Source: Minisyncoccota bacterium
GTDB taxonomy: Bacteria; Patescibacteriota; Minisyncoccia; Phycocordibacterales; JABMNX01
Length of the DNA: 64,000 nt
Assembly: GCA_965222715.1 (NCBI GenBank)
Contig: OZ244961.1
Coordinates: 204,609 to 268,608 of the forward strand
Direction of reading: 5' to 3'
The notes beneath the pieces are model-generated. The model was not told where the DNA came from. It did no database searches and was given only the letters and a program-made list of their open reading frames with translations. The translations under genes and the position numbers were made by a program. Of this stretch, positions 19,209-29,305 are shown one piece after another. Every line of letters begins with the position of its first letter. The first letter of the stretch is position 1.

Positions 19209-20468
19209 ATGAAATTAGAATTTCCAGAAGGTTTTCTGTGGGGGGCATCAACTTCAGCACATCAGGTTGAAGGGAATACGTATAATAACTGGAGTGAGTG
19301 GGAAGAAAAGAATGCAGAGAGACTTGCTCAGGAGGCCAAAGATAAGCTTGATGTGTGGAAAGAGTGGGAGTCTCGTGATTACGAGCGTTTTCCTGAAATA
19401 AGTGAAAGTAGTAACTACATCTCTGGACATGCGGCTGATCATTACCATCGTTTTAAAGAGGATTTTGATATCGCTCAATCTTTAGGACACAGTGCACACC
19501 GACTTTCAATCGAATGGTCACGAATTGAGCCAGAAGAGGGTACGTTTAATGAGAAAGAAATAGCACACTATCAAGAAGTAATACGAGCACTTCGTAGTCG
19601 AGGTATGGAGCCATTTGTAACCTTATGGCACTGGCCAATACCAGTGTGGCTCGACGCAAAAGGTGGTTGGGAGTCTAAAGAAATAGTGTTTTATTTTAAA
19701 CGCTATACCCAAAAGTTAGTTGAGGCGTTTGGTGATGAGGTTACTTTCTGGATTACACTTAACGAGCCAGAGGTGTTTGCAGGACATTCATACTTAAAAG
19801 GATATTGGCCACCGCAAAAGAAAAGTTATTTTGCGTATAGAAGAGTAATTCGAAATTTAGTAAAGGCTCATAAGGTAGCATACAAGACTATCAAAACACA
19901 CAATGAGAAAGCGCAGGTGTGTGTAGCAAAACACAACATCTATTTTGAAAGTAGTGGAGGAGTTGTTAATACTCTCTTAAAACGATGTGCTGATTGGTGG
20001 TGGAACGATTGGTTTTTACAAAAGATACAAGGGTATCAAGATATCATTACACTAAATAATTATCGTCGGAATCGAGTCGCTTATGGATTTAATAAAAATG
20101 AAAACATACGCGTTTCTGATATGGGATGGGAATTATACCCTCAGTCTTTGGCCCGCATAGCGAGAGAGATGTACGCAAAATATCAATTACCTATTTATGT
20201 AACTGAACATGGTCTTGCTGACGCTGATGATTCGCGACGGGAATGGTTTATTACCGAGTCACTTATGCATCTTCATAAAGCAATACAAGATGGGGTTGAT
20301 GTGCGGGGCTACTTACACTGGTCTTTGCTTGATAACTTTGAGTGGGATAAGGGATTTTGGCCACGATTTGGTTTAGTAGAAGTTGATTACGTGACACAAA
20401 CTCGAACCATTCGTCCATCTGCCCACATCTATAAGAAAATCTGCACAACGAACGTGTTAGAATTGTAG
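19209..20468 (+). CDS. Glycoside hydrolase family 1
   Basis: FLWGASTSAHQVEG, TLNEP, VTEHG, WSLLDNFEW. Confidence 0.95.
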   Translation: MKLEFPEGFLWGASTSAHQVEGNTYNNWSEWEEKNAERLAQEAKDKLDVWKEWESRDYERFPEISESSNYISGHAADHYHRFKEDFDIAQSLGHSAHRLSIEWSRIEPEEGTFNEKEIAHYQEVIRALRSRGMEPFVTLWHWPIPVWLDAKGGWESKEIVFYFKRYTQKLVEAFGDEVTFWITLNEPEVFAGHSYLKGYWPPQKKSYFAYRRVIRNLVKAHKVAYKTIKTHNEKAQVCVAKHNIYFESSGGVVNTLLKRCADWWWNDWFLQKIQGYQDIITLNNYRRNRVAYGFNKNENIRVSDMGWELYPQSLARIAREMYAKYQLPIYVTEHGLADADDSRREWFITESLMHLHKAIQDGVDVRGYLHWSLLDNFEWDKGFWPRFGLVEVDYVTQTRTIRPSAHIYKKICTTNVLEL

Positions 20469-20469
20469 T

Positions 20470-21411
20470 ATGCAAGTATGGTTACTACTCGTTGTTATTG
20501 CACAGTTTCTTAATGCAATTGTTGCAATGGTTGATAAATATATACTCACCTCACGGGTGGTGCGTACGCCGGTAACGTACGCATTTTACGTGAGTATCCT
20601 CTCTTCGTTTGCTGCAATTGCTTTTTTATTTAGCTGGATACCTATTCCTCTTGAGGGGGTTGCTATACCATCTTGGGGTAATATATCACCTCCTGATGGT
20701 GAGGTGGTTCTCCTTTCGCTGGTTGCTGGGCTTGCCTTCTTTGGTGCATTGGTAACCCTCTTTACGGCGTTAAAAGAAGCAGATACGTCTGACGTTATTC
20801 CTGTTGCTGGGGCCACATCAGCGGTCGGGTCACTATTACTCAGTTGGTATTTTCTAGAATCGTCTCTTACCCATAACTTCTTTCTTGGTTTCTCTCTCTT
20901 AGTCTTGGGTACATTTTTTATATCGCTTTTTCGTTTCAATACACACACACTTTTTGTTTCAATCCTTGCTGGTATGCTTTTTGCATTACACTTCGTTTGT
21001 TTAAAGGTGTTGTTTGAGTATACAAATTTCGACAACGCGTTTTTTTGGTCGCGTATTGGCATCGTAATTCCTGCCATTGTTGTGTTTATTATTCCGTGGA
21101 TACGAATTCACCCCCAAAAGAAAACAATGACTGCTGAGATGCCAAAAAAGAATCTGGTGTGGCTCATCCTCTTAAACAAATTCCTCGCTGGGGTTGCTGC
21201 GCTTATGCTCCTTAAGGCAATTGAATTAGGTGATGTTACGTTAGTGCAAGCTCTTGGTGGTTTACAGTTTGCGTTCTTGCTCATGTTTGCAATTTTTACT
21301 GGCCGTACACTACCGCAAGCCTGCGGCGAGAAATGTTCCCCTTATGATGTGTGGCAAAAGACTATTGCCGTTGTGGTCATTACCATCGGTTTCTTTGTTC
21401 TCTTTTTGTAA
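20470..21411 (+). CDS. EamA/DMT-like membrane transporter
   Basis: About ten TM segments in two similar halves. Confidence 0.7.
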   Translation: MQVWLLLVVIAQFLNAIVAMVDKYILTSRVVRTPVTYAFYVSILSSFAAIAFLFSWIPIPLEGVAIPSWGNISPPDGEVVLLSLVAGLAFFGALVTLFTALKEADTSDVIPVAGATSAVGSLLLSWYFLESSLTHNFFLGFSLLVLGTFFISLFRFNTHTLFVSILAGMLFALHFVCLKVLFEYTNFDNAFFWSRIGIVIPAIVVFIIPWIRIHPQKKTMTAEMPKKNLVWLILLNKFLAGVAALMLLKAIELGDVTLVQALGGLQFAFLLMFAIFTGRTLPQACGEKCSPYDVWQKTIAVVVITIGFFVLFL

Positions 21412-21414
21412 TGT

Positions 21415-22419
21415 ATGCGCAGCGCCTTTAAAAAAATACTACTCTACATAATCTGTGGCCTCTTAGTTCTTTTTGTACTACTCTCTCTTCTTTCATACAG
21501 GCCAGAGCCAGAACGCATTACGTATGGTGCTTCCTTTAACACACTGTATGCTCGAGAACTAGGCCTTGATTGGAAGAAGGTGTATGTCGAGATGCTTGAA
21601 GATTTGGGTGTGAAGCACCTGCGCCTTGCGGCTCATTGGAATATGGTTGAGCCAGAAAACGATGAGTTTAATTTTGAGGAGCTTGATTTCCAACTCGCCA
21701 AAGCAGAAGAGAACGGCATTGACGTTATATTTGGTGTTGGTCGACGATTGCCGCGATGGCCTGAGTGCCACGTACCACAGTGGGCAGAAAGATTGTCATG
21801 GGAAGAGCAAAAGGAAGAGATTGCTGAGATGATTACTGAAGTAGTGAATCGTTATAAAGATAATAGTGCAATTACTCACTGGCAAATTGAAAACGAGCCG
21901 TACCTCACAGTTTTTGCGTATGAACAGTGTGGGGACCTGGATGAAACCTTTTTAGAAAAAGAGATTGCTCTTGTAAAAGAGCTTGACCCAAGCCGGCCAG
22001 TCCTTGTAACTGATAGTGGAAACTTGGGTACGTGGGCTGGAGCGTATAAAAATGGGGACGCATTCGGTACTAGCGTGTACGTTTATTTTTGGAATGAAGA
22101 CATTGGACCATTTAAATCGATTTTGCCACCCGCGTACTACCGTATAAAACAAAATCTTGTTCGTTTATGGTATGGACCAAAACCAGTCTTTCTTATTGAA
22201 CTTTCAGCAGAGCCATGGTTACTCCAGCCAATTACTGAAACGCCAATAGAAGTGCAATTTGAACGGATGAACATTGAAAAATTTAAGGACATTATTGCGT
22301 TTGCTGAAGATACGCGACTTGAGAAACAGTACTTGTGGGGTGTCGAGTGGTGGTATTGGCTAAAAGAGCGTAACAAGCCTGAATTCTGGGAGTTTGCAAA
22401 GCCACTCTTTAACAACTAG
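21415..22419 (+). CDS. Membrane-anchored clan GH-A glycoside hydrolase
   Basis: WQIENEP acid/base motif, ELSAEPW, LWGVEWW. Confidence 0.75.
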   Translation: MRSAFKKILLYIICGLLVLFVLLSLLSYRPEPERITYGASFNTLYARELGLDWKKVYVEMLEDLGVKHLRLAAHWNMVEPENDEFNFEELDFQLAKAEENGIDVIFGVGRRLPRWPECHVPQWAERLSWEEQKEEIAEMITEVVNRYKDNSAITHWQIENEPYLTVFAYEQCGDLDETFLEKEIALVKELDPSRPVLVTDSGNLGTWAGAYKNGDAFGTSVYVYFWNEDIGPFKSILPPAYYRIKQNLVRLWYGPKPVFLIELSAEPWLLQPITETPIEVQFERMNIEKFKDIIAFAEDTRLEKQYLWGVEWWYWLKERNKPEFWEFAKPLFNN

Positions 22420-22461
22420 TATGTAGCAGTTTGGAGATAGTGAGCTATACTAAAGAGTACT

Positions 22462-22530
22462 ATGAAAGACACCACCCATATAATAGTCCTTATTGTATTA
22501 GTGATCCTCGCTGTATTCTTTTTTGTATAA
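22462..22530 (+). CDS. Possible 22-aa single-TM peptide
   Basis: MKDTTHIIVLIVLVILAVFFFV, starting about 10 nt after TATACT. Confidence 0.3.
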   Translation: MKDTTHIIVLIVLVILAVFFFV

Positions 22531-22554
22531 TTTTTCTTCAGTAAGTTTTAGCAT

Positions 22555-23487
22555 ATGAGTAGTGCACTAGAGACACTTAAACACTTTGATACACACACAT
22601 TACCAGACCTAGACGTCGCCGTTCTTGGGGCTCTTGAGTTGAGTGCCCAGACACATTTTGAAGGTCCGCCGCTTTCCAGTATAGGAAAAAAACCGTTAGT
22701 GATAGGAAGTGGTAATGCACACCAAACTGGCAAGATACTCTTTGATGACATGGCTGCAGTGTTTGCTCGTGCAAGAAATTATGAGAAGTTACTTGCTCAG
22801 TACAGCGATCGTGACAGTGTTGTCATTATTTCTGCTTCAGGAGGTAAGGGGTCCGTTGATATTGCAAAAGATATGAGAGAGCAGGGGATTCCGACTTGGC
22901 TTTTTACAAATAACGATAGTGCACCTGCTCGTGAGTATATTGATAGTGATAAGGTAGTAGTATTTCCTCAAAATCGAGAGCCGTATACGTACAACACTTC
23001 AACCTACCTTTCTATGATTTTGTCGTATAGTAATGAAGATGCAGAAGACATCTTAGGGTATATTCGCAATGAAGTTGACACCCTTCTCCCTACAAACCTA
23101 AACGAATATTCTTCGTTTCTTATTACGGTGCCGCCAAAGTTTCGGCACATGGATAGTATCCTTGAATTGAAATTCTCAGAGTTGTTTGGACCGTGTGTAC
23201 AGGGGCGCATTTGTTCAACCGAGGAAATCAAACATGGGCGCACGGTGGTTTCTTCTGATCATGAGTTGTACATTGGTTTTGATGTAGATAGTAACGTTCC
23301 TGTAAATAAAAACCGTGTAGTAATACCTCTTAATGGTTTTGGGTACGGGGGTATGTTTGCGATAGGGTATTATGTTGTTGGTAAAATACAAGCGGCACAT
23401 CCGCCTTACTTTAAAGATCATATTGGTGCGTATGTAAAACGAGCGTCAGAAGTGTTTCATCAAGACATTAATGTTATTGTTGAATAA
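22555..23487 (+). CDS. SIS-domain sugar-phosphate binding/isomerase-like protein
   Basis: IGSGNA, IISASGG, EEIKHG; adjacent to a ROK kinase. Confidence 0.65.
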   Translation: MSSALETLKHFDTHTLPDLDVAVLGALELSAQTHFEGPPLSSIGKKPLVIGSGNAHQTGKILFDDMAAVFARARNYEKLLAQYSDRDSVVIISASGGKGSVDIAKDMREQGIPTWLFTNNDSAPAREYIDSDKVVVFPQNREPYTYNTSTYLSMILSYSNEDAEDILGYIRNEVDTLLPTNLNEYSSFLITVPPKFRHMDSILELKFSELFGPCVQGRICSTEEIKHGRTVVSSDHELYIGFDVDSNVPVNKNRVVIPLNGFGYGGMFAIGYYVVGKIQAAHPPYFKDHIGAYVKRASEVFHQDINVIVE

Positions 23488-23489
23488 CC

Positions 23490-24335
23490 ATGTATATTCT
23501 TTTTGATGTTGGGGGCTCAAAAATGCGTATTGCAGGAACAGATGACTGTAAAGAATTTACCCGTGAGCCAATTGTGGTAAAGACACCTCAAGATTTTGAT
23601 GAAGGTGTCTCACTTTTAAAAGATAAGATATACGAGATAGCCTCTGGCGAAAAAATTGATGGAATAGCTGGGGGTATTGCGGGGCCCTTTGATAAAACCA
23701 CTCACCTGTTAGTTGGTGGTCCAAATTTGAAAGATTGGATTAGGAAGCCGCTCTATGAGACACTTGAGAACACTTTCCATACGACAGTACAGATTGAAAA
23801 TGATTCAGCTTTAGTTGGTCTTGGTGAAATGCATTATGGCAAAGGGTGTGTTGAGGGAGTTGGTGCCTACATCACGGTAAGTACCGGAGTTGGTGGTGCT
23901 CGCTTTATAGATGGGCATATTGATAGGGCGGCCACCGGCTTTGAGCCAGGAAAACAAATTATTGACCCTACTCAAACACTTTTCCCAAATCTGACAGGTA
24001 GTCTTTTAGAAGACCTTATTTCAGGAAAAGCAACTGAAGAGCGCCTTCACACAAAACCGTATGATATTCTCCAGACTGATACGCTGTGGGATCAGTATGC
24101 AAAAGTTCTTGCATATGGACTCAATAACACTATCGTGCACTGGTCACCAGATGCGGTAGTGCTCGGGGGTTCGATGATAGTTGGTAATCCTAGAATTAGT
24201 ATTGAAAAGACCGAAGAGTACCTAAAAGAGACGCTTACTGTTTTTCCCACACTGCCAGAGATACATGCAGCATCACTTAGTGATCTCGGTGGGTTATACG
24301 GAGCCATGGTGTTACTACGAGAGAGCAAAAAGTAG
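23490..24335 (+). CDS. ROK family sugar kinase
   Basis: FDVGGSK, ENDSALVGLGE, TVSTGVGG, VVLGGS. Confidence 0.9.
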   Translation: MYILFDVGGSKMRIAGTDDCKEFTREPIVVKTPQDFDEGVSLLKDKIYEIASGEKIDGIAGGIAGPFDKTTHLLVGGPNLKDWIRKPLYETLENTFHTTVQIENDSALVGLGEMHYGKGCVEGVGAYITVSTGVGGARFIDGHIDRAATGFEPGKQIIDPTQTLFPNLTGSLLEDLISGKATEERLHTKPYDILQTDTLWDQYAKVLAYGLNNTIVHWSPDAVVLGGSMIVGNPRISIEKTEEYLKETLTVFPTLPEIHAASLSDLGGLYGAMVLLRESKK

Positions 24336-24400
24336 TTATTTTGTATAAAGATAAAGAAGAACCCCCCCTCAACGCGAACGCGTTGCGGGGGGGGGTGGCA

Positions 24401-24826
24401 TTAAATGCCAGGTCCAGCTCCTCCTCCAGGAGGTCCGGCTCCACCACCGGTGACTGTTTGAGTGACAGATCCACCAGACGAGGAGCTTGAGACGATGATG
24501 ATCCGAAGGACGATGATCGTCACGACGACGAAGGCCGTTCGCCCCCAGTTGACCTCAAACCCATCAGAGATTGGCTCAATCAACTGGCAGTCACCACTTG
24601 TCGAGCAGTGAAGTGCGAGACGCCTCGATACCTTTGAGGTACCGAAAATGGTTTCAAGTTCAACTTGTTCATCGAGGTCGATGATCTGTACTGTCGACTG
24701 ATCCGGAAGAGTCAGCACTTCACCAACCCTGGTTGCATTGACTTCCATTCCATTCGAAGCCGCATAGGATGTGACCGGGGAAAGGATGAGTGAGAGGGAG
24801 AGGATAAGTGTGATAAACCTACTCAT
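24401..24826 (-). CDS. Hypothetical exported/membrane protein with Gly/Pro tail
   Basis: SD GAGGAGG before ATG 24826, signal peptide, C-terminal TM; GC-richer than flanks. Confidence 0.6.
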   Translation of the reverse strand: MSRFITLILSLSLILSPVTSYAASNGMEVNATRVGEVLTLPDQSTVQIIDLDEQVELETIFGTSKVSRRLALHCSTSGDCQLIEPISDGFEVNWGRTAFVVVTIIVLRIIIVSSSSSGGSVTQTVTGGGAGPPGGGAGPGI

Positions 24827-25049
24827 AATCCACCTCCTCGACATTTATCTCAACGAGTTTACAGACACCAGACGAACAGTCGAAGGCCGGGAACACGGTA
24901 ATGCGATCCCAGAAGAGATCATCTGGTTCGGTGGCCATGGGGGTCAGGCCTTTGTCTTCATCCTCTCGAAGTTCGGAAATTGCACTGCAACCGCCGAGTA
25001 GTACGATAAGTGCAATGGCGCTGAGCGCCATGGGAAAACGTTTCAACAC
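24819..25049 (-). CDS. Small putative lipoprotein
   Basis: Lipobox LLGG|C, SD AAGGAG, promoter TTGACA-16-TACAAT at 25118-25091. Confidence 0.6.
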   Translation of the reverse strand: MLKRFPMALSAIALIVLLGGCSAISELREDEDKGLTPMATEPDDLFWDRITVFPAFDCSSGVCKLVEINVEEVDYE

Positions 25050-25201
25050 GGTGCTCTCCTTTTATCAAGCATCAACAAAAATCTAACATAATTGTATCAT
25101 ATATAGACGTTTTGTCAAGTTAGGTATCCATACATATGTAGTGCTGAGTAGGTGAGGGTGTGGTAGGCTGTATGTATTATCAATACAATGTAATTTTCAT
25201 T

Positions 25202-25678
25202 ATGGAGGGAATGAATAAAAATGAAAAAATTGCAGTTGCCGTAGGACTTGTTCTTGTTGCAGTTGTACTTTTATTTGGTATACGACAAGTTACTGTAGAT
25301 GTTCCATCCCCTGCTGGTGACCTATCAACCGTGAATACGACACAAAACGAAGGCCTTCAGATCACCGACACTGTTGTTGGAGATGGTGCTGAAGCAACCC
25401 CAGGAAAATTAGTAACCGTTCATTACACCGGTACACTTACTGACGGGACAGTATTTGATAGTTCTGTTAGTAGAGGTACACCGTTCCAGTTTGTACTTGG
25501 CGCAGGTCAGGTTATTCGAGGGTGGGAAATTGGTGTAGAAGGTATGAAAGTTGGCGGCACACGAGAACTCGTCATCCCAGCAGCACTTGCCTATGGTGAC
25601 CGAGCAATTGGTGCCATACCAGCAAACTCAACACTCAACTTTGAAGTAGAATTGCTTGACGTGTCTGATCTACAGTAA
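25202..25678 (+). CDS. FKBP-type peptidyl-prolyl isomerase
   Basis: VHYTGTL.DG.VFDSS, GQVIRGW, LAYG, IPANSTLNFEVEL. Confidence 0.95.
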   Translation: MEGMNKNEKIAVAVGLVLVAVVLLFGIRQVTVDVPSPAGDLSTVNTTQNEGLQITDTVVGDGAEATPGKLVTVHYTGTLTDGTVFDSSVSRGTPFQFVLGAGQVIRGWEIGVEGMKVGGTRELVIPAALAYGDRAIGAIPANSTLNFEVELLDVSDLQ

Positions 25679-25705
25679 TATCCGTATCAGTCTAACGTTA
25701 TACGT

Positions 25706-26944
25706 ATGAGCACATTCTCATTTACTATTGAGAAAAAACTCACCAACGCGTCCAAGGATACACTCGGGCGCGTTGGTGTTATAGCCACTCCTCATGGGGT
25801 AATTGAGACCCCCGCTTTTATTACTGTTGGAACAAAAGCAACGGTAAAGGCACTTAGTCCTTCACAATTTAAAGAAGCAGGTATACAGTCTGTGCTTGCA
25901 AACACCTATCATCTCTACCTTGAGCCTGGAGAAGAGGTAATTGCTCAGGCTGGTGGACTACATACCTTTATGCACTACAATGGCCCGACCTGGACGGACT
26001 CGGGAGGATTTCAGGTGTTTTCTTTAGGTGCTGCGTTTGGGAAGGGTGTATCTAAATTTGCAAAAGGTGAAGTATCTCCTGATACAGATATACTCCCTAA
26101 TCTCTATAGTAAGGAGTTAGCTCAGTCTCATGGAAAACTTTGTACGGTGGACGAAGACGGTGTCACTTTTACCTCTCATATTGATGGTTCGCTTCATCGT
26201 TTTACCCCTGAGCGATCTATCGAGATTCAGCACAAAATAGGTGCTGATATTTGCTTCTCTTTTGATGAATGCACCTCACCAACAGCAGACAGGGAGTATC
26301 AAAAAGAAGCGCTTGACAGGACGCATCGCTGGGCAAAACGATCTCTTCTTGCACATAAACAAAACTATGACGCACTAAAGAAACAGTGGCTTTTTGGCAT
26401 TGCACAAGGCGGGCTTGAGCCTGATCTACGAAAAGAAAGTGCAGAGGTCCTCTCAAAAATGGATTTTGATGGATATGGAATAGGAGGATGTTTCACCAAG
26501 GCTGATCTTAAGTCATCTCTTTCTATTACTAACAACATATTGCCAGAAGAAAAACCACGACACCTTCTTGGTATCGGAGAGCCAGAAGATCTTTTTATTG
26601 GAATAGAGCAGGGGATTGATACGTTTGATTGTGTGTCGCCAACTCGACTTGCACGAACGGGGACTCTCTATACAACAAGAGGTCCTATTAATATCCTCAA
26701 CAGCAAGTATAAAAATGACTTTTCTCCTATAGATCCAGGCACGCCGAGTTACACCTCACAACACTACACAAAAGCTTATCTCGCACACCTTTTTCGTTCC
26801 AAAGAAATGCTTGGCCCTACACTTGCCTCAATACATAATATGTATTTCATTACCACACTCGTCCGTACTATCCGTCAATCAATGCTTGACGATCGTTTTG
26901 TTGAGTACAAAGAAGCATTTCTTCGCGCCTACTACTCGGCGTAA
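25706..26944 (+). CDS. tgt: tRNA-guanine transglycosylase
   Basis: NTYHL, TDSGGFQVFSL, FDEC, QGG, KPRHLLGIG, DTFDCVSPTR. Confidence 0.96.
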   Translation: MSTFSFTIEKKLTNASKDTLGRVGVIATPHGVIETPAFITVGTKATVKALSPSQFKEAGIQSVLANTYHLYLEPGEEVIAQAGGLHTFMHYNGPTWTDSGGFQVFSLGAAFGKGVSKFAKGEVSPDTDILPNLYSKELAQSHGKLCTVDEDGVTFTSHIDGSLHRFTPERSIEIQHKIGADICFSFDECTSPTADREYQKEALDRTHRWAKRSLLAHKQNYDALKKQWLFGIAQGGLEPDLRKESAEVLSKMDFDGYGIGGCFTKADLKSSLSITNNILPEEKPRHLLGIGEPEDLFIGIEQGIDTFDCVSPTRLARTGTLYTTRGPINILNSKYKNDFSPIDPGTPSYTSQHYTKAYLAHLFRSKEMLGPTLASIHNMYFITTLVRTIRQSMLDDRFVEYKEAFLRAYYSA

Positions 26945-27070
26945 TCTTTGGTGTGGAGAACCCTTGTATCTTATATACGGTGTGATAGAGTGGGTGGTGG
27001 ATGGTGTCTTGTTCTTCGACCCGTCTTGCTTTCCCGTCTCCCCCAGACGTGAAGCCTCCCTGTTTAACTC

Positions 27071-27102
27071 GCCGCCCCAATCCCCTCGGGGCGGTCTTTT
27101 TT
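27071..27102 (+). terminator. Intrinsic terminator upstream of uvrB
   Basis: GCCGCCCC-N9-GGGGCGGT followed by a T-run. Confidence 0.7.
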
Positions 27103-27136
27103 GATACACTTAACACCACTTACTCTGTATATAGGA

Positions 27137-29188
27137 ATGAAAAAATTAAAGATAGAATCTGAATATGCTCCAGCAGGAGATCAGCCTAAGGCGATCGATG
27201 CTTTAGTAAAAGGCGTACAGTCTGGAGAACGACACCAGACCTTGTTGGGTGTGACTGGGTCAGGAAAAACATTTACTGTTGCAAACGTCATTGAAAAAGT
27301 TCAGAAACCGACCTTGGTTATTGCTCATAACAAAACACTTGCCGCACAACTTGCTCAAGAGTATCGAGAATTTTTTCCAAACAATGCCGTACACTACTTT
27401 GTATCCTACTACGACTACTATCAACCAGAGGCGTATGTTCCCACATCAGACACGTATATTGAAAAAGAAGCGCAGATAAATGAAGAGATTGACCGGTTGC
27501 GTCACGCAAGCACCCAAGCACTGTTAACGCGAAATGATGTCATCATTGTTGCATCAGTTTCATGTATTTATGGTTTGGGTAGCCCAGAAGAGTATGAAAA
27601 AGTACATGTGAAGTTAGTAGTTGGCGACAGTCTTTCACGTAGTGATTTTATACGAAAGCTCATTGATATCTACTTTGAACGGACTACTGCTGATCTCACG
27701 CCGGGTACGTTTCGTGCTGTTTCTAATAATATTGACATCATGCCGGTCAATGAGCGTGTAGTCTATCGCATTGGCCTTACTTCAGGGACTATTTCAAGTA
27801 TTACGGTGCTCGATGCAATTACCCGAGAAATTATTGAAGAGACTGATACGCTGTTTCTTTTTCCTGCAAAACACTACGTCACGCCAGAAGATGAAAGAGC
27901 TCGTGCAATTGAAGATATTAAGATTGAGTTGAAGGAACAGTTAGCTCAGTTTGAGCGAGAGGGTAAGGTGCTCGAAGCTGAGCGACTCAAACGTCGAACC
28001 ACACAAGATCTCGCGCTTATTCGTGAAATTGGCTACTGTAACGGTATCGAGAACTATTCTCGCCATTTTGATAGAAGAAAAGAAGGAGAGCCACCGTACA
28101 CACTTATTGATTATTTCCCTCATAAAAAAGATGGCACACCAGATTTTCTTACTGTTATCGATGAATCGCACGTTACTATACCGCAGCTTGCAGGAATGTA
28201 TGCAGGTGATCAGTCGCGGAAGAGTACATTAGTTGAGCATGGATTTCGTCTGCCTTCAGCAAAAGATAACCGTCCGCTTAACTTTGAAGAATTTGAGGCA
28301 CGTGTTGGTGAGACTATTTACACATCTGCAACACCTGGAAACTATGAAATTGAGCATGGAGGAGTACCAGTCGAGCAGATTATTCGCCCCACTGGTCTTG
28401 TTGATCCAAAAATTGAAGTAAAACCAATTACACAAAAGAGTGCGTATCAAGGACAGGTAAAAGACTTTATTGCTGAAACTGAAAAGGTGGTCAAAAACGG
28501 TGGTCGTGTATTAGTGACAACACTTACTAAAAAAATGGCAGAAGATTTGAGTGAGTATCTTAAAGATACAAACGTAAAAGCAGAATATATTCACAGTGAT
28601 GTAAAAACAATAGACCGTATCACTATTTTGACTGAGTTTAGAAAAGGCGAATTCGATGTGTTGGTGGGCGTGAACCTACTTCGTGAAGGACTTGATCTCC
28701 CAGAAGTTGAACTGGTTGGCATACTAGACGCAGATAAAGAAGGATTTTTACGTTCAGAAACATCGCTCATTCAAACCATTGGCCGTGCTGCTCGGAATGT
28801 TCTCGGCCGAGTTATTCTTTACGCTGACAATAGTACAGGTTCTATGGAGCGAGCAATAGATGAGACAAATCGCCGACGTGAAAAACAGCTGAGGTACAAC
28901 AAAGAACATGGTATTACCCCGCAAACGATTAAAAAACAAATTAAAGACATTACTGAGCAGTTACGAAGCGAACACACAAAGGCAGTTGGTACATTACTTG
29001 AAGTAGATAGGGATCTCTATAAGAAAAATCCAAAGAAGGTACTTAAAGAAAAACGACAGCAAATGGAGGAAGCAGTGAAAGTGCTTGATTTTGAGACAGC
29101 AGCAATTATTCGTGATGAGATATATGAGCTAGAAAAAGGAGAAAAAGGTGGAAAGAAAGGAAAGGTAGGGGGTAGAAAAAAGACATAG
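27137..29188 (+). CDS. uvrB: Excinuclease ABC subunit B
   Basis: GVTGSGKT, YYDYYQPEAY, DESH, LREGLD, GRAARN. Confidence 0.98.
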   Translation: MKKLKIESEYAPAGDQPKAIDALVKGVQSGERHQTLLGVTGSGKTFTVANVIEKVQKPTLVIAHNKTLAAQLAQEYREFFPNNAVHYFVSYYDYYQPEAYVPTSDTYIEKEAQINEEIDRLRHASTQALLTRNDVIIVASVSCIYGLGSPEEYEKVHVKLVVGDSLSRSDFIRKLIDIYFERTTADLTPGTFRAVSNNIDIMPVNERVVYRIGLTSGTISSITVLDAITREIIEETDTLFLFPAKHYVTPEDERARAIEDIKIELKEQLAQFEREGKVLEAERLKRRTTQDLALIREIGYCNGIENYSRHFDRRKEGEPPYTLIDYFPHKKDGTPDFLTVIDESHVTIPQLAGMYAGDQSRKSTLVEHGFRLPSAKDNRPLNFEEFEARVGETIYTSATPGNYEIEHGGVPVEQIIRPTGLVDPKIEVKPITQKSAYQGQVKDFIAETEKVVKNGGRVLVTTLTKKMAEDLSEYLKDTNVKAEYIHSDVKTIDRITILTEFRKGEFDVLVGVNLLREGLDLPEVELVGILDADKEGFLRSETSLIQTIGRAARNVLGRVILYADNSTGSMERAIDETNRRREKQLRYNKEHGITPQTIKKQIKDITEQLRSEHTKAVGTLLEVDRDLYKKNPKKVLKEKRQQMEEAVKVLDFETAAIIRDEIYELEKGEKGGKKGKVGGRKKT

Positions 29189-29201
29189 AGCGAAGTAGAA
29201 C

Positions 29202-29237
29202 ATAGAAAACGCCAAGAGTATTCTTGGCGTTTTCTAT
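29202..29237. repeat. Palindromic repeat copy 3
   Basis: ATAGAAAACGCCAAGA-GTAT-TCTTGGCGTTTTCTAT. Confidence 0.85.
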
Positions 29238-29305
29238 AGGATGGCTTAGCTAAGCCATGTAAACACCTTAAGTGCTCAAGGTGTTTCCAAAGGTGTTTCT
29301 AAGAA

